Shown here: piece by piece, positions 49,951-63,650 of the stretch
Numbering within the stretch: the stretch's first letter is position 1
Layout: each line of letters starts with the position of its first letter
From: Mobula hypostoma
Lineage: Eukaryota
DNA length: 64,000 bases
NCBI RefSeq assembly: GCF_963921235.1
Contig: NC_086097.1
Coordinates: 38,690,001 to 38,754,000 of the forward strand
Direction: 5' to 3'
Translations under genes and position numbers: made by a program
The notes under the pieces: generated by a model
Databases searched by the model: none
What the model saw: only the letters and a program-made list of their open reading frames with translations
What the model was told of the DNA's origin: nothing

Positions 49951-51683
49951 TTTACCTGTGCTGTACTTTACCTGTACCTGTTACACTTGATTCTGCTTTA
50001 TGTTACTTTGTCCTACCTCAAAGCACTGTGTAATGATTTGATCTGTACAAACAGAATGAAAGACAGGGTTTTTCAGCCATTCTCGGAACATGTGACAGTA
50101 ATAAACCGATTCCAGTTCCAATATCATTGCCAGGATGTTGCTGGATTGGATTGGGGAACATATAGGGAGGATTGTAAAGCCTGTGTTTATTTTCCCTGCA
50201 GCAAAGGTAGCTCAGAGGGAACTTGACAGACATATACAGCTCTATGACAGCATGTCTTCACGACAATTCCCACGGAATTTGTGGCCCCCTAGGCAGAATG
50301 ACATCGATGATGTTTTGTTGTAACATATAATTTTCCATTAACTTCTGACTCATAAGGAATCTTTTCCCAGAGGCATCTGTTCGTTTCGGTGCTGATGTGC
50401 TGCAGTAAACATTGAGGTGCCACTGTGGAGCGATTAGAGGTGAGACTGTGCTGAAGACCAGCACCGGGAATGGAAACAAGTTCAAGCCTGTGGTCAAACT
50501 CATTCAGCAGATATCAGCATGGTTAGGGTTTACTGATTCTCAGGTCAAACAGGCATCAGACAGGGAATTGAAGGCTCACACTTTCTCTTGTGATTGGGGG
50601 CTTGTTTGGGTGGTGGTTGTAGGACGAGGCTTTTGTGTTCTTCACTGCAGCTGATGCTGGGAGCCTCGCTGTATCCATGGGCCAGGATTACAATCAAATG
50701 CTACAAAACGGTGAGAAGTGGGAAAACAAAAGATTGCATCATACCTGTTCCTGCAAGCTGACCACCTTCGGCAGTAGTGCTGCCCTCAACGTGTGTGCTG
50801 TTGCATTGTTTTAAAGGCAATACGGTCGGCCGTTTGAAAAAAGAGCAAAGAATCTAATGTTTGCTTTAACCTGTTCACAATGTTATCCTTCTTCGCAGAG
50901 ACCTAATGTTTCCCAGTCTTCTGTTAGGAAAGTGCACACGGTTTCTCCTTGTCCACTCTCAGTGCCATCAGCCTTATCTGAGAACAGCACAAATTCAATT
51001 ACACATGGTCGTCTCCAAGTAGAATAAAATCAGGCAGGGAGACTTCCGGAGGCATATTAACTCAAAACTCTGTCCACGTCTGCACTAGCTCCTTTATCGT
51101 GCTATTTGATACTAGGTAAGTCCCAGCAAAGTAGCTGTGCCCACCAGTATTGTACCCAGTACGATGCAGTGACAGATCTGCCCCACCAATAGTTTATCCC
51201 TGGGGTGTGGACGTGGACCTAAAAGTGGGCTGCTTTCTTGTGTTCTCGTGAGAGCTCCCAAAATGATATCAAATGAGATGTAGTAAAAGCACACAAGAGG
51301 TTAAGTAGTTTCTTCAGAAGATCAGGAGAGCCTTTCTATATGTGATGGATGTGAAAGTGGGTGTAGGATACTAAGTTATTTGTAAGGACCTTGATGCACA
51401 GTTCCTGTGTGCTCGTGCATCATGTTCATTATGAATGTTACATGCTGCCAGTGCAAATCGTTCTACCCATTGGCTGCATTCTCACATTCGGGGCCCAATA
51501 TTTAAAATGCGCTATCATTGCATGTAGCCAGATTGCACCTCTGAAAGAGAAGGAGAATCATGTTCGCCGGGGCTGCTGAGATCACCGATGCAGTGCTGTG
51601 GATTCATCAGTTTTCTGATTCTGCACTAAGTTGGGGATCCTTGAGGAAGGCTGGAGTGGAGGAGAGGTTTAAGGTGGGTAAGG

Positions 51684-51950
51684 GACAGCATGGTAGCATA
51701 GTGGTTAGCACAGTGCTTTGCATTACCAGCGACCTGGGTTCAATTCCCACTTCTGCCTTTAAGGAGCTTGTACGTTCTCTCCGTGACAGCATGGGTTTCC
51801 TCTGGGTGCTCCCATTTCCTCCCACAGACCAAAGACAAGTTAATTGGTCACTGTAAATTGTCCCGTGATTAGGCTAGGGTTAAATCGGGGACTGCTGGGT
51901 GACGCAGCTTGAAGAGTCAGAAGGGCCTATTCCACGCAGTATCTCAATAA
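51684..51950 (+). mobile_element. V-SINE (HE1-like) tRNA-derived SINE
   Basis: A-box tagcatagtgg and B-box ggttcaattcc. Central gggtttcctctgggtgctcccatttcctcccacagaccaaagac is V-domain-like; CR1-type tail gaagggcctattcc. Confidence 0.8.
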
Positions 51951-51996
51951 AAAATATTTTCCTCTGAAAAGATAAAGAGAATGTAATGGAAATTTT

Positions 51997-52512
51997 CACT
52001 CAGTGGCCACCTTGTAAAGTACATCCTGATAATATGCTGTGGTCTCCTGCTGCTGTGGCCCACCCACTTCAAAGTTCCAAGGGCTGTGTGCTCAAAGGTT
52101 CTCTTCTGGACTCCACTGTTGAAATGTGTGTGTCGCCTTCCTGTCAGCTTGAACCAGTTTGACCAATCTCCTATGACCTCTGTCATTTACAAGGCATTCT
52201 CACCCATGGAACTGCTGTTCACTAAATGCTTTCAGTTTTTTGCAAATTCTGTAAACTTTAGAGACTACTGTATTGTGCATGAAAATCACAGGAGATCAGC
52301 AGTTTCTGAGATACTGACACCAACAACCATTCCATGGTCAAGGTCACTTAGATCACATTTCTTCACCATTCTGATATTTGGTCTGAACAACAACTGAACC
52401 TCTTGACCATGTCTGCATGCTTTTATGCATTGAGTTACTGTCACATGATTAACTGATTAGATATTTGCATTAATGAAGTGTACAGGTGTAGCTAATAAAT
52501 TGGCTATGAATG
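51997..52512. mobile_element. Tc1-like non-autonomous DNA transposon
   Basis: Degenerate TIRs cactcagtggccaccttgtaaagtacatc / ggtgtagctaataaattggctatgaatg followed by TA. Confidence 0.65.
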
Positions 52513-53009
52513 TAAGCCATTTTTGAAATTCTGGAGAAGATATGGCCATCCCACCCAATCTCTCTGCACACTATGACCATTTTACCCCAGAAATCAGTCT
52601 AATCGATCTCTGCTACACCAAATCTAAGGCAAGACTTGCTTTAGAAGTCCAAAACTGTATACCAGATGAATTGATGAATAGATGGAATTGTTGACAGTAA
52701 ATAAGGTTGCTCAGATATAGTGAGACGTAGATCCACTGGAAAATGGAGCAGGGTGGTGCCAGTTGGAATTTCATCTCGGCAAGTGCGAGGTAATTAACTT
52801 TGAGAAGTCACACTTCAGTAGGACAAATAGAGTAAACGGCAGGGTGAATGGAAGATCTGAGGTGCAGTGGGACCTTAGGGTGCAAAGTCCATTGCTCACT
52901 GCAAGTGGAGATATGGGGGAATAAGGAAGAAAAAATGACACTGGAAATGCTGGACTTTGTGGGCTGAGACATTGAATACAGGAATTGGGCAATTGGTACT
53001 TTAGATACA

Positions 53010-53165
53010 TCCTCCCTAGCCCACCATCCCTGCCTCTTAACCAGTTTCTTTTGACTCCTTCCCAGTTCTGGCGAAGGGTCTTTGGCCTGGAACTTTAGCT
53101 CTACTGTATTTCTCTTCCCACAGATGCAGCCCGACCTGCTGAGTGCTTCCAGTGTTTTGTTTTTA
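53010..53165 (+). mobile_element. old Penelope terminal repeat
   Basis: agtt-ctggcga-agggtctttggcct-ggaa-cttt-agct, then acagatgcagcccgacctgctgag. Confidence 0.6.
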
Positions 53166-54087
53166 TTGAACCTTCTGGTGAGTTGATATCTCGGGAGGTT
53201 AATGCCAAGACTGTCACCTTGCAGAATCGATGGAGTATTGCAAGAAATTTAAAGACAAGTAGGCAAGGCAAAGCAAGCAACTTGACAGCAGTGAATGGTG
53301 AAGGAAGTATGCTGATGCATTTAAAGGGAGATTGGATAAGGATATGAGGGAAAAAGGTACAGGGAGTTACACCAATAGACATAAATAAAGAAACATAGGA
53401 TTGGGCTTGAGAACAACATTAATGTTAGCCTGGGGCAAACGGCTTTTTCTTGTATAGTATACCCTACATAATGCTATGTTAATGCAAAATTCTATCATCA
53501 GCCTCAAATCAATACACACCAATTCAACACACGCACAATGCTGGAGGAACTCAGCAGGCCAGGAAGCATCTATGGAAAAAAGTATAGTTGATGTTTTGGG
53601 CCGATTTGAATACACGCCAATTGTTCATTCATCTACCACCAATCTTTATCAATCAGCTCTCATACCAAACATTCATTAGCATTACCACACCCTCATATAT
53701 TTAACACTGCTGCAACTCTCACACCCACATCATTCAGTTTACACGTATCATCAGCTGCTCCACCAGAGCAACTACGCAATCCAAACAGCCTCAGTGACAC
53801 ACTTACCTCTCTCTAGTGACAGAAGGTGATGCACGGTTAGAGAGGAGAAAGTGGCAGCTGTAACAAGAACGAGCAGTCAACACTTTGCACATAGCACAGG
53901 CTCACGTGTGTTGACACAGGAGATTCTGCAGTTGTGGGAAATCTTCAGTAACACACACACAAGATTTTCCACAGATGTTTCTCAACCTTTACATTGGCTG
54001 AACAGAGGGGCACTTTTAGTAATAGACTAAGACAACTGCACTGCTCCAAAGAGCTCTATATGAGGCCATTCTTACCCTCGGCCATTA

Positions 54088-54395
54088 GTTTAGATTAAAC
54101 TTTATTGTCATTGGGCCGAGTACAGATACAAAGCCAATGAAATTCAGTTAGCATCGAACCAGAAATGCAAAGAGTAGTGTTATTTACAAAATAACTGAGA
54201 ATAAAAAGTAAGTGCTACAGCACACAAGTATAAAAGTACTGAGACAGTACAATATGGGTGCAATACTGCTTAGCGCTGTGATGTGAGGTTCAGCAGGGTC
54301 ACAGCCTCAGGGAAGAAGCTCTTCCTGTGCCTGCTGGTGCGGGAGCGGAGGCTCCTGTAGTGCCTACCGGATGGGAGGAGAGTGAAAAGTCCTAA
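54088..54395 (-). mobile_element. Rex1-type LINE 3' end (third tail family)
   Basis: gggaagaagct...ctcctgtagtgcctaccggatgggagg encodes LPSGRHYRSL..SFFP on the minus strand. Confidence 0.75.
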
Positions 54396-57300
54396 TGGTC
54401 AACTTATAACCGGGAGAGTGATGACACCCTCCTATTAGATTGATTGAGGTAATTTATTTTTTATTCTTTCTTACTTCTCTTCTAATATTTGTATATCTGT
54501 ATATCTGTGTGCTTGTAATGCTACCATGGCATTGTAATATCCATTGGAATCAATAAAGTATCTTTCTATCTATCAAAATGCCAGAGGTCAGGTAATAAAG
54601 ACCCAACATTTCGGGACATTTTGGTCCTGATGAGGAGCTCTCGGCACAAAGTTGACTGCTCATTCTTGTTACCGCTGCCACTGTTCGGAATTCCGTGGAT
54701 GAATCGGCAGAATAATCCATGGCCTATTGTGCTAGGCGAGGGTAACCTTGCTTGAAAAGAAATAGTGCTTCAAGCATCAAAAAAATGTCCCAAGACCAGT
54801 TGCCTGCTTCAGGCTGATGCCATATTGAATCATAGAGTCGACTAGCCCACGAAGAGGGAGATTCGTGATGGTGAAAGGAGGCTCTGATGCACCTGAATAT
54901 GCATTTGGGCCCAGGGGGCTCTTCTGCTCATCTTAGCACTATAAGAGTAATTTAAAAAATAATTTATGCCTATTTAGGGATCAATGTGGACAACTATCTT
55001 ACCACGTTTTGTAAATAGTAGCAGGTAAGAGATGAGAAAGGAGGGACTTGGAATATCAAATAATTGATTGGCGTTTCCATGGAGATGGAGGTAGACCATG
55101 GCAGATTGAGCAACATCAGGCAGACAGAAATAGCCTGTTTTCTTTGATTGATGTGAGATTGAATAAGTATTCAAGAATTTGTACAGCTGGATTCATTCCA
55201 AGTATTGGCCAGGAAGGGGAATGAGATCTGAGCTTAATTGGGGACTGAAAATGCTGATACAAACTGAAGAACTCGTAGCTTCAGAACAGGCATCTAGACT
55301 GACACTAAGGAGCTGAAGAGTTGAACATCTGGAAATTGGATACACATCTGTTGGTGAGGCTCCTTCTCCAGAACTCCGCAATGCAGCCAGCACTGTGACC
55401 ACAATTCCATGGGGAATGATTCTGATCGGAGAAATTATCTCCAATAACTTCCCACAAACTAATATTAATAATTTATCTAAACCAGCTAATGTTGTTATGA
55501 GCACACAAGGAATTCCATAAAAACTGGTTCTACTGTGCGGGGGGGGAGGTGGTTAGGCAAAATCTATTGACTAAATTTCTAAAGCAACTTAGTTCTTTGT
55601 AAAATAGTTTGAGCGATTTCTTTGTAATGGAGATGCAAATTGCACAGCAGTTGCCTTCCTCATCAGACCTAAATTATTCGTGTTTTAGTGAATCAGTCAC
55701 TTTTATTTTGTTTGAATGTGGAAATAAATGCAATTACATCCCTAATACTGCATCATTTGCAGTCCCCAGACATAGAATTTCATAACATTCGCAACACTTG
55801 AGCAGAGCATTTGGTGCAAGTGTCCTTGCTGGTATCTAAATTTCACATGAACTTCCTCCAAAGCCATTTCATCTAACCCTATTACCTAACTTCAAGTTAA
55901 AACATGAGATGCTGTAAATTGATTACTGGATAATCCTGGAACACAGCACAGGAGTCTTTGGAGAACCGATAGGGATGTGCAAATGTTTGATACTATCTGC
56001 TTCCAAAGTCATTCTACTCTTGTGGCGCTAAGTTGGTTGGAGTAAGGCTGGTATCCTGAGACTGCAGGGGAGAGTGCTGTTGCAGGGACCAAGTGGGTGA
56101 GAGGATTAGCCCTGAAAGAGAGAAATGTACTTGCCTCCATAAGGTCACATGGCGAGTTCATGTATTTCCCAATTTTACAACATAGTAAACTTAGCATTTA
56201 GCAAACTTAGAAAGAATGCACTCAGAAGTCCATGAATGTTCAATACTTTTTCTAACTTGTTTAACCACTTTGATTGTGGGCCACTAAATGAGGTAAGTAA
56301 AGATAATAGATTATGAGGACTTGTGAAAGCCTTATCTGAATGAGGGAAAATATGGCATTTGTGGTATTTATGAATCATGAAATAGAATTAATATCATTGT
56401 TGCTCTTTGTTTTTGCCTCAGTACCCAGCGGATGTAAGGAAGGCAATATTGCATGCTTTAGGCTTTTATGTATTATACCTCTACCTGGTGCAAAAGGAAC
56501 TACTAAAAGTTAAACTTGGCTAAACTTGTTCTTAGTTGGGCTTACATAAAATGCCATTGAGGTGTGGCTTTGGCCATTAAATTTCCCCTTGTTTCTCTGA
56601 AGAATGCATCTTTCCCAAACTTCAGTTCTTGATACAGCTCTTGGCTCACCACCTCCTCTCCCCCAGGGGTAAAGTGGGAATCAACTGTCAAAGCAGGGAC
56701 GTGGACTGAAAGTAAAAGCAGAGATGGGTATAACTATTTCTTCCCATTGAAAGGAAGCGATTTCCATGTACAGGTACTATGTAAATACAGCTTGTTGTAC
56801 ACATTCACTTTTATAGGGTCTGAAAAGGAAGGTCATTCCATGTTACACAACATTTTAATGATAGCATCCTCCTGAAATTTCTCATTTCATCAGAGAATTT
56901 AATGAACCAACATTTTTCTGGAAATGTAGGGCTCCAATGAGTTTATCAGACTGCCGCTGATTATCATTACCTTGAAAAATTCTGCTGTAATATGAAAACT
57001 TCATAAGTTAAATGAGGTATGGAGAGTTATAAATACTGGGATTATGATGGTAGTATAGTAATTTTTAAAAAATTATGAAAACTATAATAGCAACATTCTA
57101 TTGATTGCTTTCCTATCCTTTTCTCTCTAATAAGGTTAAGTTTAGAAATCATGAGATTTGCACTTCCTCCTTATAATGAAAGCCACAAAAGTACTGCAGA
57201 TGCCATAAATCTGAAATAAAAACAGTAAACCCTGGAAGCACTCTGCAGGTCTGGTAGCAGGTGTGCAAAGAGAAATAATAGTTAATGTCACAGATTGAAG

Positions 57301-58046
57301 ATCTGACAGGGAATGATAAAACAAAGGACAGATCTCTGATATGTTAAATGCAAAGTAGCCAAAGGGATAAGCCATCTACTGGTTCGGTTATTTAAGGAAA
57401 TTGGCAAAAACAGACAATGGAGCTGTAGGAAATGTTCTACGCGTCAAGGGGAGAGGAAAATAGAGTCAGCCTTACAAATGAATGATTGACAGCAAAACTA
57501 ACTTGTTCTGCTATAAATCGACTTGCTAACTGAAAATGTTGAATTTGATATTGACTCCAGATCATGTCCAATCAGAAGGTAAGGTGCCTTTTCACAAACC
57601 CACAGTGGAACTCATTATTACAGCCTGGAAGTTTGCAATATGGCCCCATCCAAGTCATTTATGTGCAGTATTTTCTAAATGTGAGATTTTATCACTGAAC
57701 CACTGGTTCCATTTGATCCACAGCACTTTTTCAATGAACTCCAATAAAACATGATTTCCTTTTCACAAAGCAATGTTGACTTTGTTTGGTTATCTTTAAT
57801 TTTTCTAAGTATCCTGTTATAGTATTTTGCTTATAGTCTTTGATGCATTTCCAACATTTTCAATTTTAGTTTCATATTTCCAGCATTTGCATTTTTAAAA
57901 ATTTTACCTCCTGACATTTTTCTCTGTCACAGTTGTCCAGTATATTTCTGTGTTCCTGCTTTTTTGAGCACCTTCTCAGTCGTAATTTTCACTGCACATG
58001 CTTCACTTCCCTGACACTCTTGAATGTCCGGTACACTGCAGATGTA

Positions 58047-59920
58047 AGAATCAGAATCAGGTTTATTATCACCGGCATGTGATGTGAAATTTGTTAATCT
58101 AGCAGCAGCAGTTCAATGCAATACATAATCTAGCACAGAGAAAAAATTAAGAAATAATTTTTAAAAAATAAACAAGTAAATCAATTATGTATATTGAATA
58201 GATTTTAAAATGTGCAAAAACAGAAATGTTGTATATTTTTTAAAAAGTGAGGTAGTGTCCTAAGATTCAATGTCCATTTAGGAATTGGATGGCAGAGGGG
58301 AAGAAGCTGTTCCTGAATTGTTGAGTCTGTGCCTTCAGGCTTCTGTACCTCCTACCTGATGGCATCAGTGAGAAAAGGTCATGCCCTGGGTGCTGGAGGC
58401 CCTTAATAATGGATGCTGGCTTTCTGAGATGTTGTTCCTTGAAGATGTCCTGGGTACTTTGTAGGCTAGGACTCAAGATGGAGCTGACGAGAATTACAAC
58501 CTTCTGCAGCTTCTTTCGGTCCTGTGCGGTAGCCCCTCCATACCAGACGGTGATGCAGACTGTCCGAATGCTCTCCACGGTGCAACCATAGAAGTTTTTG
58601 AGTGTATTTGTTGACATGCCAAATCTCTTCAAACTCCTAATAAACTATTTCTGCTGTCTTGCCTTCTTTATAACTACATCAATATGTTGGGACCAGGTTA
58701 GATCCTCAGAGATCTTGACACCCAGGAACTTGGAGCTGCTCACTCTCTCCACTTCTGATCCCTCTATGAGAATTGGTATGTGTTCCTTCATCTTACCCTT
58801 TCTGAAGACCACAATTAGCTTTTTCATTTTACTAACATTGAGTGCCAGGTTGTTGCTGTGGCACCATTCCACTAGTTGGCATATCTCACTCCTGTACGCC
58901 CTCTCGTCACCACCTGAGATTCTACCAACAACGGTTGTATCGTCAGCAAATTTATAGATGGTATTTGAGCTATGCCTAGCCACACAGTTATGTGTATATA
59001 GAGAGTAGAGCAGTGGGCTAAGCACACACCCCTGAGGTGCGCCAATGTTGTTTGTCAGCGAGGAGGATATGTTATCACCAATCCGCACAGATTGTAGTCT
59101 TCTGGTTAGGAAGTCAAGGATCCAATTGCAGAGAGAGGTACAGAGGCCCAGGTTCTGCAACTTCTCAAACAGGATTGTGGGAATGATGGTATTAAATGCT
59201 GAGTTATAGTCGATGAACAGCATCCTGACATAAGTGTTTGTGTTGTCCAGATGGTCCAAAGCCATGTGGAGAGCCATTGAGGTTGTGTCTGCCGTTGACC
59301 TATTGTGGCGATAAAAAATTGTAATGGGTTCAAGTCCTTGCTGAGGCAGGAGTTCAGTCTAGCCATACCAACCTCTCAAAGCATTTCATCACTGTCGATG
59401 TGAGTGCTACCAGGCCATAGTCATTAAGGCAGCCCACATTATTCTTCTTAGGCACTGGTATAATTGTTGCCTTTTTGAAGCAAGTGGGAACTTCCTCCCG
59501 TAGCAGCAAGAGATTGAAAATGTCCCTGAACACTCCCGCCAGTTGGTTGGCACAGGTTTTCAGAGCCTTACCAGGTACTCCATTGGGACCTTCTGCCTTG
59601 TGAGGGTTCACCCTCTTTAGAGACAGCCTAACATTGGCCTCTGAGACAGAGATCACAGCATCATCAGGTGCAGCAGGGATCTTCACAGCTTTAGGTGTGT
59701 TCTCTCTTTCAAGGTGTGCATAGAAGGCATTGAATTCATCTGGTAGTGAGGTGTCGCTGCCATTCATGCTATTGGGTTCGCTTTGTTGGAAGTAATGTCT
59801 TGCAGACCCTGCCAGAGTTGCCGTGCATCTCATGTTGCCTCCAACCTCTTTCGGAATTGTCTCTTTGCCCTTGAAATAGCCCTGCTTTTCTGGTACAGGT
59901 CTGGGTTGCCAGACTTGAAT
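58047..59920 (-). mobile_element. relatively intact Rex1/Babar-type LINE nested in a CR1 fragment
   Basis: 210-aa RT ORF with [44 protein letters not shown]1 sequence flanks both sides (57960-58045, 59921-60130). Confidence 0.92.
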
Positions 59921-61039
59921 ACCATGAAGACTAATGCAAAATATGCATTCAGTTCCTCTGCCATCTCTGCGTCTCTCATTACAATATCTCCAGTATCATT
60001 TTCTGTTGGTCCTATATCTACCCTCAACTGTCTTTTACCCTTTATATACTTAACAAAGCTTTTAGTATCTCCTTTGATATTAGTCGCCAGCTTCCTTTCA
60101 TAATTCATCTTTTCCTTCCTAATGACCTTAGTTTCCTTCTGCAGTACTCATCCTAAAACTGAAGAGTGTTTGTTTTCTGGGATCTCTCTTTAAGAGCTGG
60201 TTGCTGTTTATAGCCACTAAACTAAATATTGGCAGCTGCAAGAACAGGTGGATGATCAATAGAAAACACCAAGCTGAAACTGACACCTTGTGGCATGAGG
60301 CAAGGAAATCCATCAGCATGGCTCTTGAACCTCACAGGTGGAGTTCTGCAAAGCTCTCTTGAAAGACAGAAATTTTAAACTTGAAATAGCGGTAGGAGAA
60401 TTTATTACCTTGGCAGCGAAGGTTCCACAGTTTAAATTGTTCCCTTTCCATTTGCATTTCATGCCAGGATCATAAATTAAATAGTTAATAGAATCCAAAC
60501 ACTTGAAATTTCAGCCTTAAATTTCTGTAGCAAGAGTCATGTATATTTCTGGCAGAAATCCAACAATTTCATCATTTTGATTGGAAGTTGATGTGAGCAA
60601 GGCTAATGGCAGATTGCTGCAATTCATCCAAACTGTGTGAAAATTAGCAACTCATAAGACACTTCTCTCTCGTAGCAATTGGTTGGATTTTATGTAAGCT
60701 AATAATTGGTTTTGGTATTGTCTTCCTGCAATTACTGGATTGTTATATGCTCTGTCTATTATGCGTAATTTATTCTTTAATCTCTGTCAACACCTACTGA
60801 AACTACTCCTATCCAGTAACAAAATAAATTTTGATGTGAGTTATTTCTAGCACTTCCACAAACTGAACTTGACTGAAATTTTCAAATTAAAGACCAATCA
60901 TATGCATTAAACAGGAAAGTTTAGGATCCACACACACTGCTTTGCCACCAATTTGTAGGTTGCTGTAGTCGATTTTTGTACAGAGCCATAGAAAGTCACG
61001 GTTGTACAGTATAGAAACAAGCTGTCTGGTCCACTGTGT

Positions 61040-61455
61040 CTACTGCTGTCATTGGGAAGAAGCTACAGGAGCCTCAGGACTCACACCACCAGGTTCAGGA
61101 ACAGTTATAATCCTCAACCATCAGGCTCTTGAACCAAAGGGGATAACTTCACTCAACTTCACTTGCCCCATCACTAAAGTGTTCCCACAACCTATGGACT
61201 GACTTTCAAGGACTCTTCATCTCATGTTCTCGATATTCATTGCTTATGTATTAATTATTATTGTTATTATTTTTTTCTTTCTTTTCTTGTTTGCAGTTTG
61301 TTGTCTTTTTTGCTCTGGTTTTCTGCCTGTTGGTGAGGTCTTCCTTTGATTCTATTATGGTCATTTGATTTATTGAGTATGCCCACAAAAAAACAAATCT
61401 CAGGGTTGTACATGGTGACATATATGTACTTTGATAATAAATGAACTTTGAACTC
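61040..61455 (+). mobile_element. Rex1-type LINE 3' end
   Basis: ctgctgtcattgggaagaagctacaggagcctcagg...actttgataataaaatgaactttgaact tail. Inverted homologue at 63220-63650. Confidence 0.7.
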
Positions 61456-61629
61456 TATGCTGATCATCATGTCTTTCTATACTAATCCCACTTGTGTGTG
61501 TTGATTCCATATCCTCCTATGCATTGTCCATTCTGTCCAGATGTCTTTTAAATGTTGTTACAGTTCTTCCTTCCAACACCTACTCTGGCAGCTTTCCAGA
61601 TAATGATTGCTTCATAATGTTCATAGAAC

Positions 61630-62245
61630 ATCAGAATCAGAATCAGGATTATTGTCACTGCCTGTCATGAATTACTTTGTTCTGCAGCATCAGTACAGTT
61701 CAAGACATAAAAATAACTACGTTACAAAATAAATAAATACTGCAAAAGATGAATGGTGAAGTAATGTTCATTGATTGAGGGACTGTTCTAAATTCTGATG
61801 ATGGAGTGGAAGAAGCTGTTCTTAAAACTCAGAGTGTGGGTCTTCAGGCTCCTATACCTCCCCACTGATAGCAGGAATGCAACGAGAGCATGTCATCGAC
61901 GTTGAGGGTCTTTAATAACGGATGCCGCCTTCTTGAAGCGCAGCCTTTAGAAGATGTTCTCAGTGGTGGGGAGGGTTGTGTATGGTGATGGACTGACTGA
62001 GTTCACAAACCTTCTGCAGCCCCTTGTGATCCAGGGCATTGGTGCTTCCATATCGGGCTGTGAGGAGATCAGTCAGCATGTGTAGAAACTTGCAAGAGGC
62101 TTTGGTGAAATGCCAAATCTCATCCAACTCCTCATGAAGTAGAGTTTCTGGCATCATTGCCCAGGAATGTTTGGCCCAAGGATCTAGCCTTCTTCATGAT
62201 TTCATTGATGTGTCTGGCCCAGGGTAGATCCTCTGAGATGTTGAA
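61630..62245 (-). mobile_element. Rex1-type LINE 3' fragment
   Basis: tcagaatcagaatcagg tail and homology to 11265-11985. Confidence 0.75.
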
Positions 62246-63219
62246 ATCTATACTTACATTCAAAGATTGCCACCCTCAGCTAATCCTATTCAAACTTAAA
62301 TACCATTCATGTATATTAAATAAATGCATGTATTTACTGTAGATATTTTAAACCTCCAATTTTGTCTTTAAAGGCTACAGTTATTGCATGCAGTCAAAAA
62401 GAATATACAGTATAATAATTCATTCTTATTTTACACATCAATGAACCTTTTTGATTAAATATAAGAGCATTTGATATGGAAATTGCCGTAATGAAAATAA
62501 CTCATATACAGGCTGTGCAGCAAAATGTTCTTACATCAATGTCAAAACTACAAAGAGGTACAGCATGCTTTCATTTGAATGGTATAGTCCATTAGAATAT
62601 ATAAACCATTTTTCTGAGAAAAGCAATATTAATTTTTCTTTTTAATGTTCAAACTAATTCTTTACATTCCTTTTTTTGGTCAAGACAACAAATACTACGA
62701 TTGTAATAAATCTCTGTTAAATATTCATGGGAACAACTTACCTTTTAAAAGAAAACAAATTGTAGTAACATTTCTTCTGAAAACAGTGAATGAAATTTTG
62801 TTTTTGCAATATTGCTTTAGATTAATAGCTAAAAGTTATTTTCTGTCATTTTGGGAAACCAGACCCAAGACCTTGTATTGCTGTGAATTATTGCTGGAGA
62901 TGCACATGAATGCAAGCCAAAGCAAATTTTTCTTTGTCTTCAAAGCAAAAAATGAATAATTGAGTGTCATGGGCTCAAACAGAAAGAAATCACATACCTC
63001 AACTTTGATACTCTGCGTTCAAGCTTCAATCCAAAGATTTGAAAACAAAAGTATAAACTGATCTCCAAGTTGCTGAGGTGGAGAGAATTTGTGAAGTTTT
63101 CTTTCTGACCCTCAAACCAACTCACTCTGTAACAGGCACACTTGCTTCCCCATAAAACGAACCATAAAACCAAAACCACAAGCAAAGCACACAAGTCGAA
63201 CAATTCAATATTAGCAAGG

Positions 63220-63650
63220 TTCAAGTTCAAAGAGTTCAAAGTAAATTTTATTATCAGAGTACATATATGTCACCACATACAACTCTTGAGTTTCATTTTC
63301 CTGCGGGCTTAATCTGCAAATCTATAGAAAAGTAACTGCAGTATAATAACATTCAGTGAAAGATCAAGTAGAATGCAGAACACAACAAACTATGCAAATA
63401 AACAGCAATAAATAACAAGATAAAGAGTCCTTGAAGTGAGATAATTGGTTCTAGGAACATTTCAGTGAAGGAGCAAGTGAGTGCAGTTTTCCACTTCCAG
63501 TCAAGAGGCTGATGGTTGAGGGGTTGTAACTGTTCCCGAACCTGGTGGTGTGAACCCTGAGACTCCTGTACCTTCTACCTGAAGGCAGCAGAGAGAAAAG
63601 ATCATGGCCTGGGTGGTGACGACTTTTGATGATGGATACCGCTTTCTCAT
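63220..63650 (-). mobile_element. Rex1-type LINE 3' end
   Basis: HHPGHDLFSLLPSGRRYRSLRVHTTRFGNSYNPSTI; ttcaaag tail repeats. Confidence 0.75.

Noticed and set aside
55193..55504. 103-aa minus-strand ORF as a neighbouring gene (e.g. a GPCR)
   Set aside because: No recognisable motif, no ATG start and no supporting exon structure. No second host gene was identified in the window.
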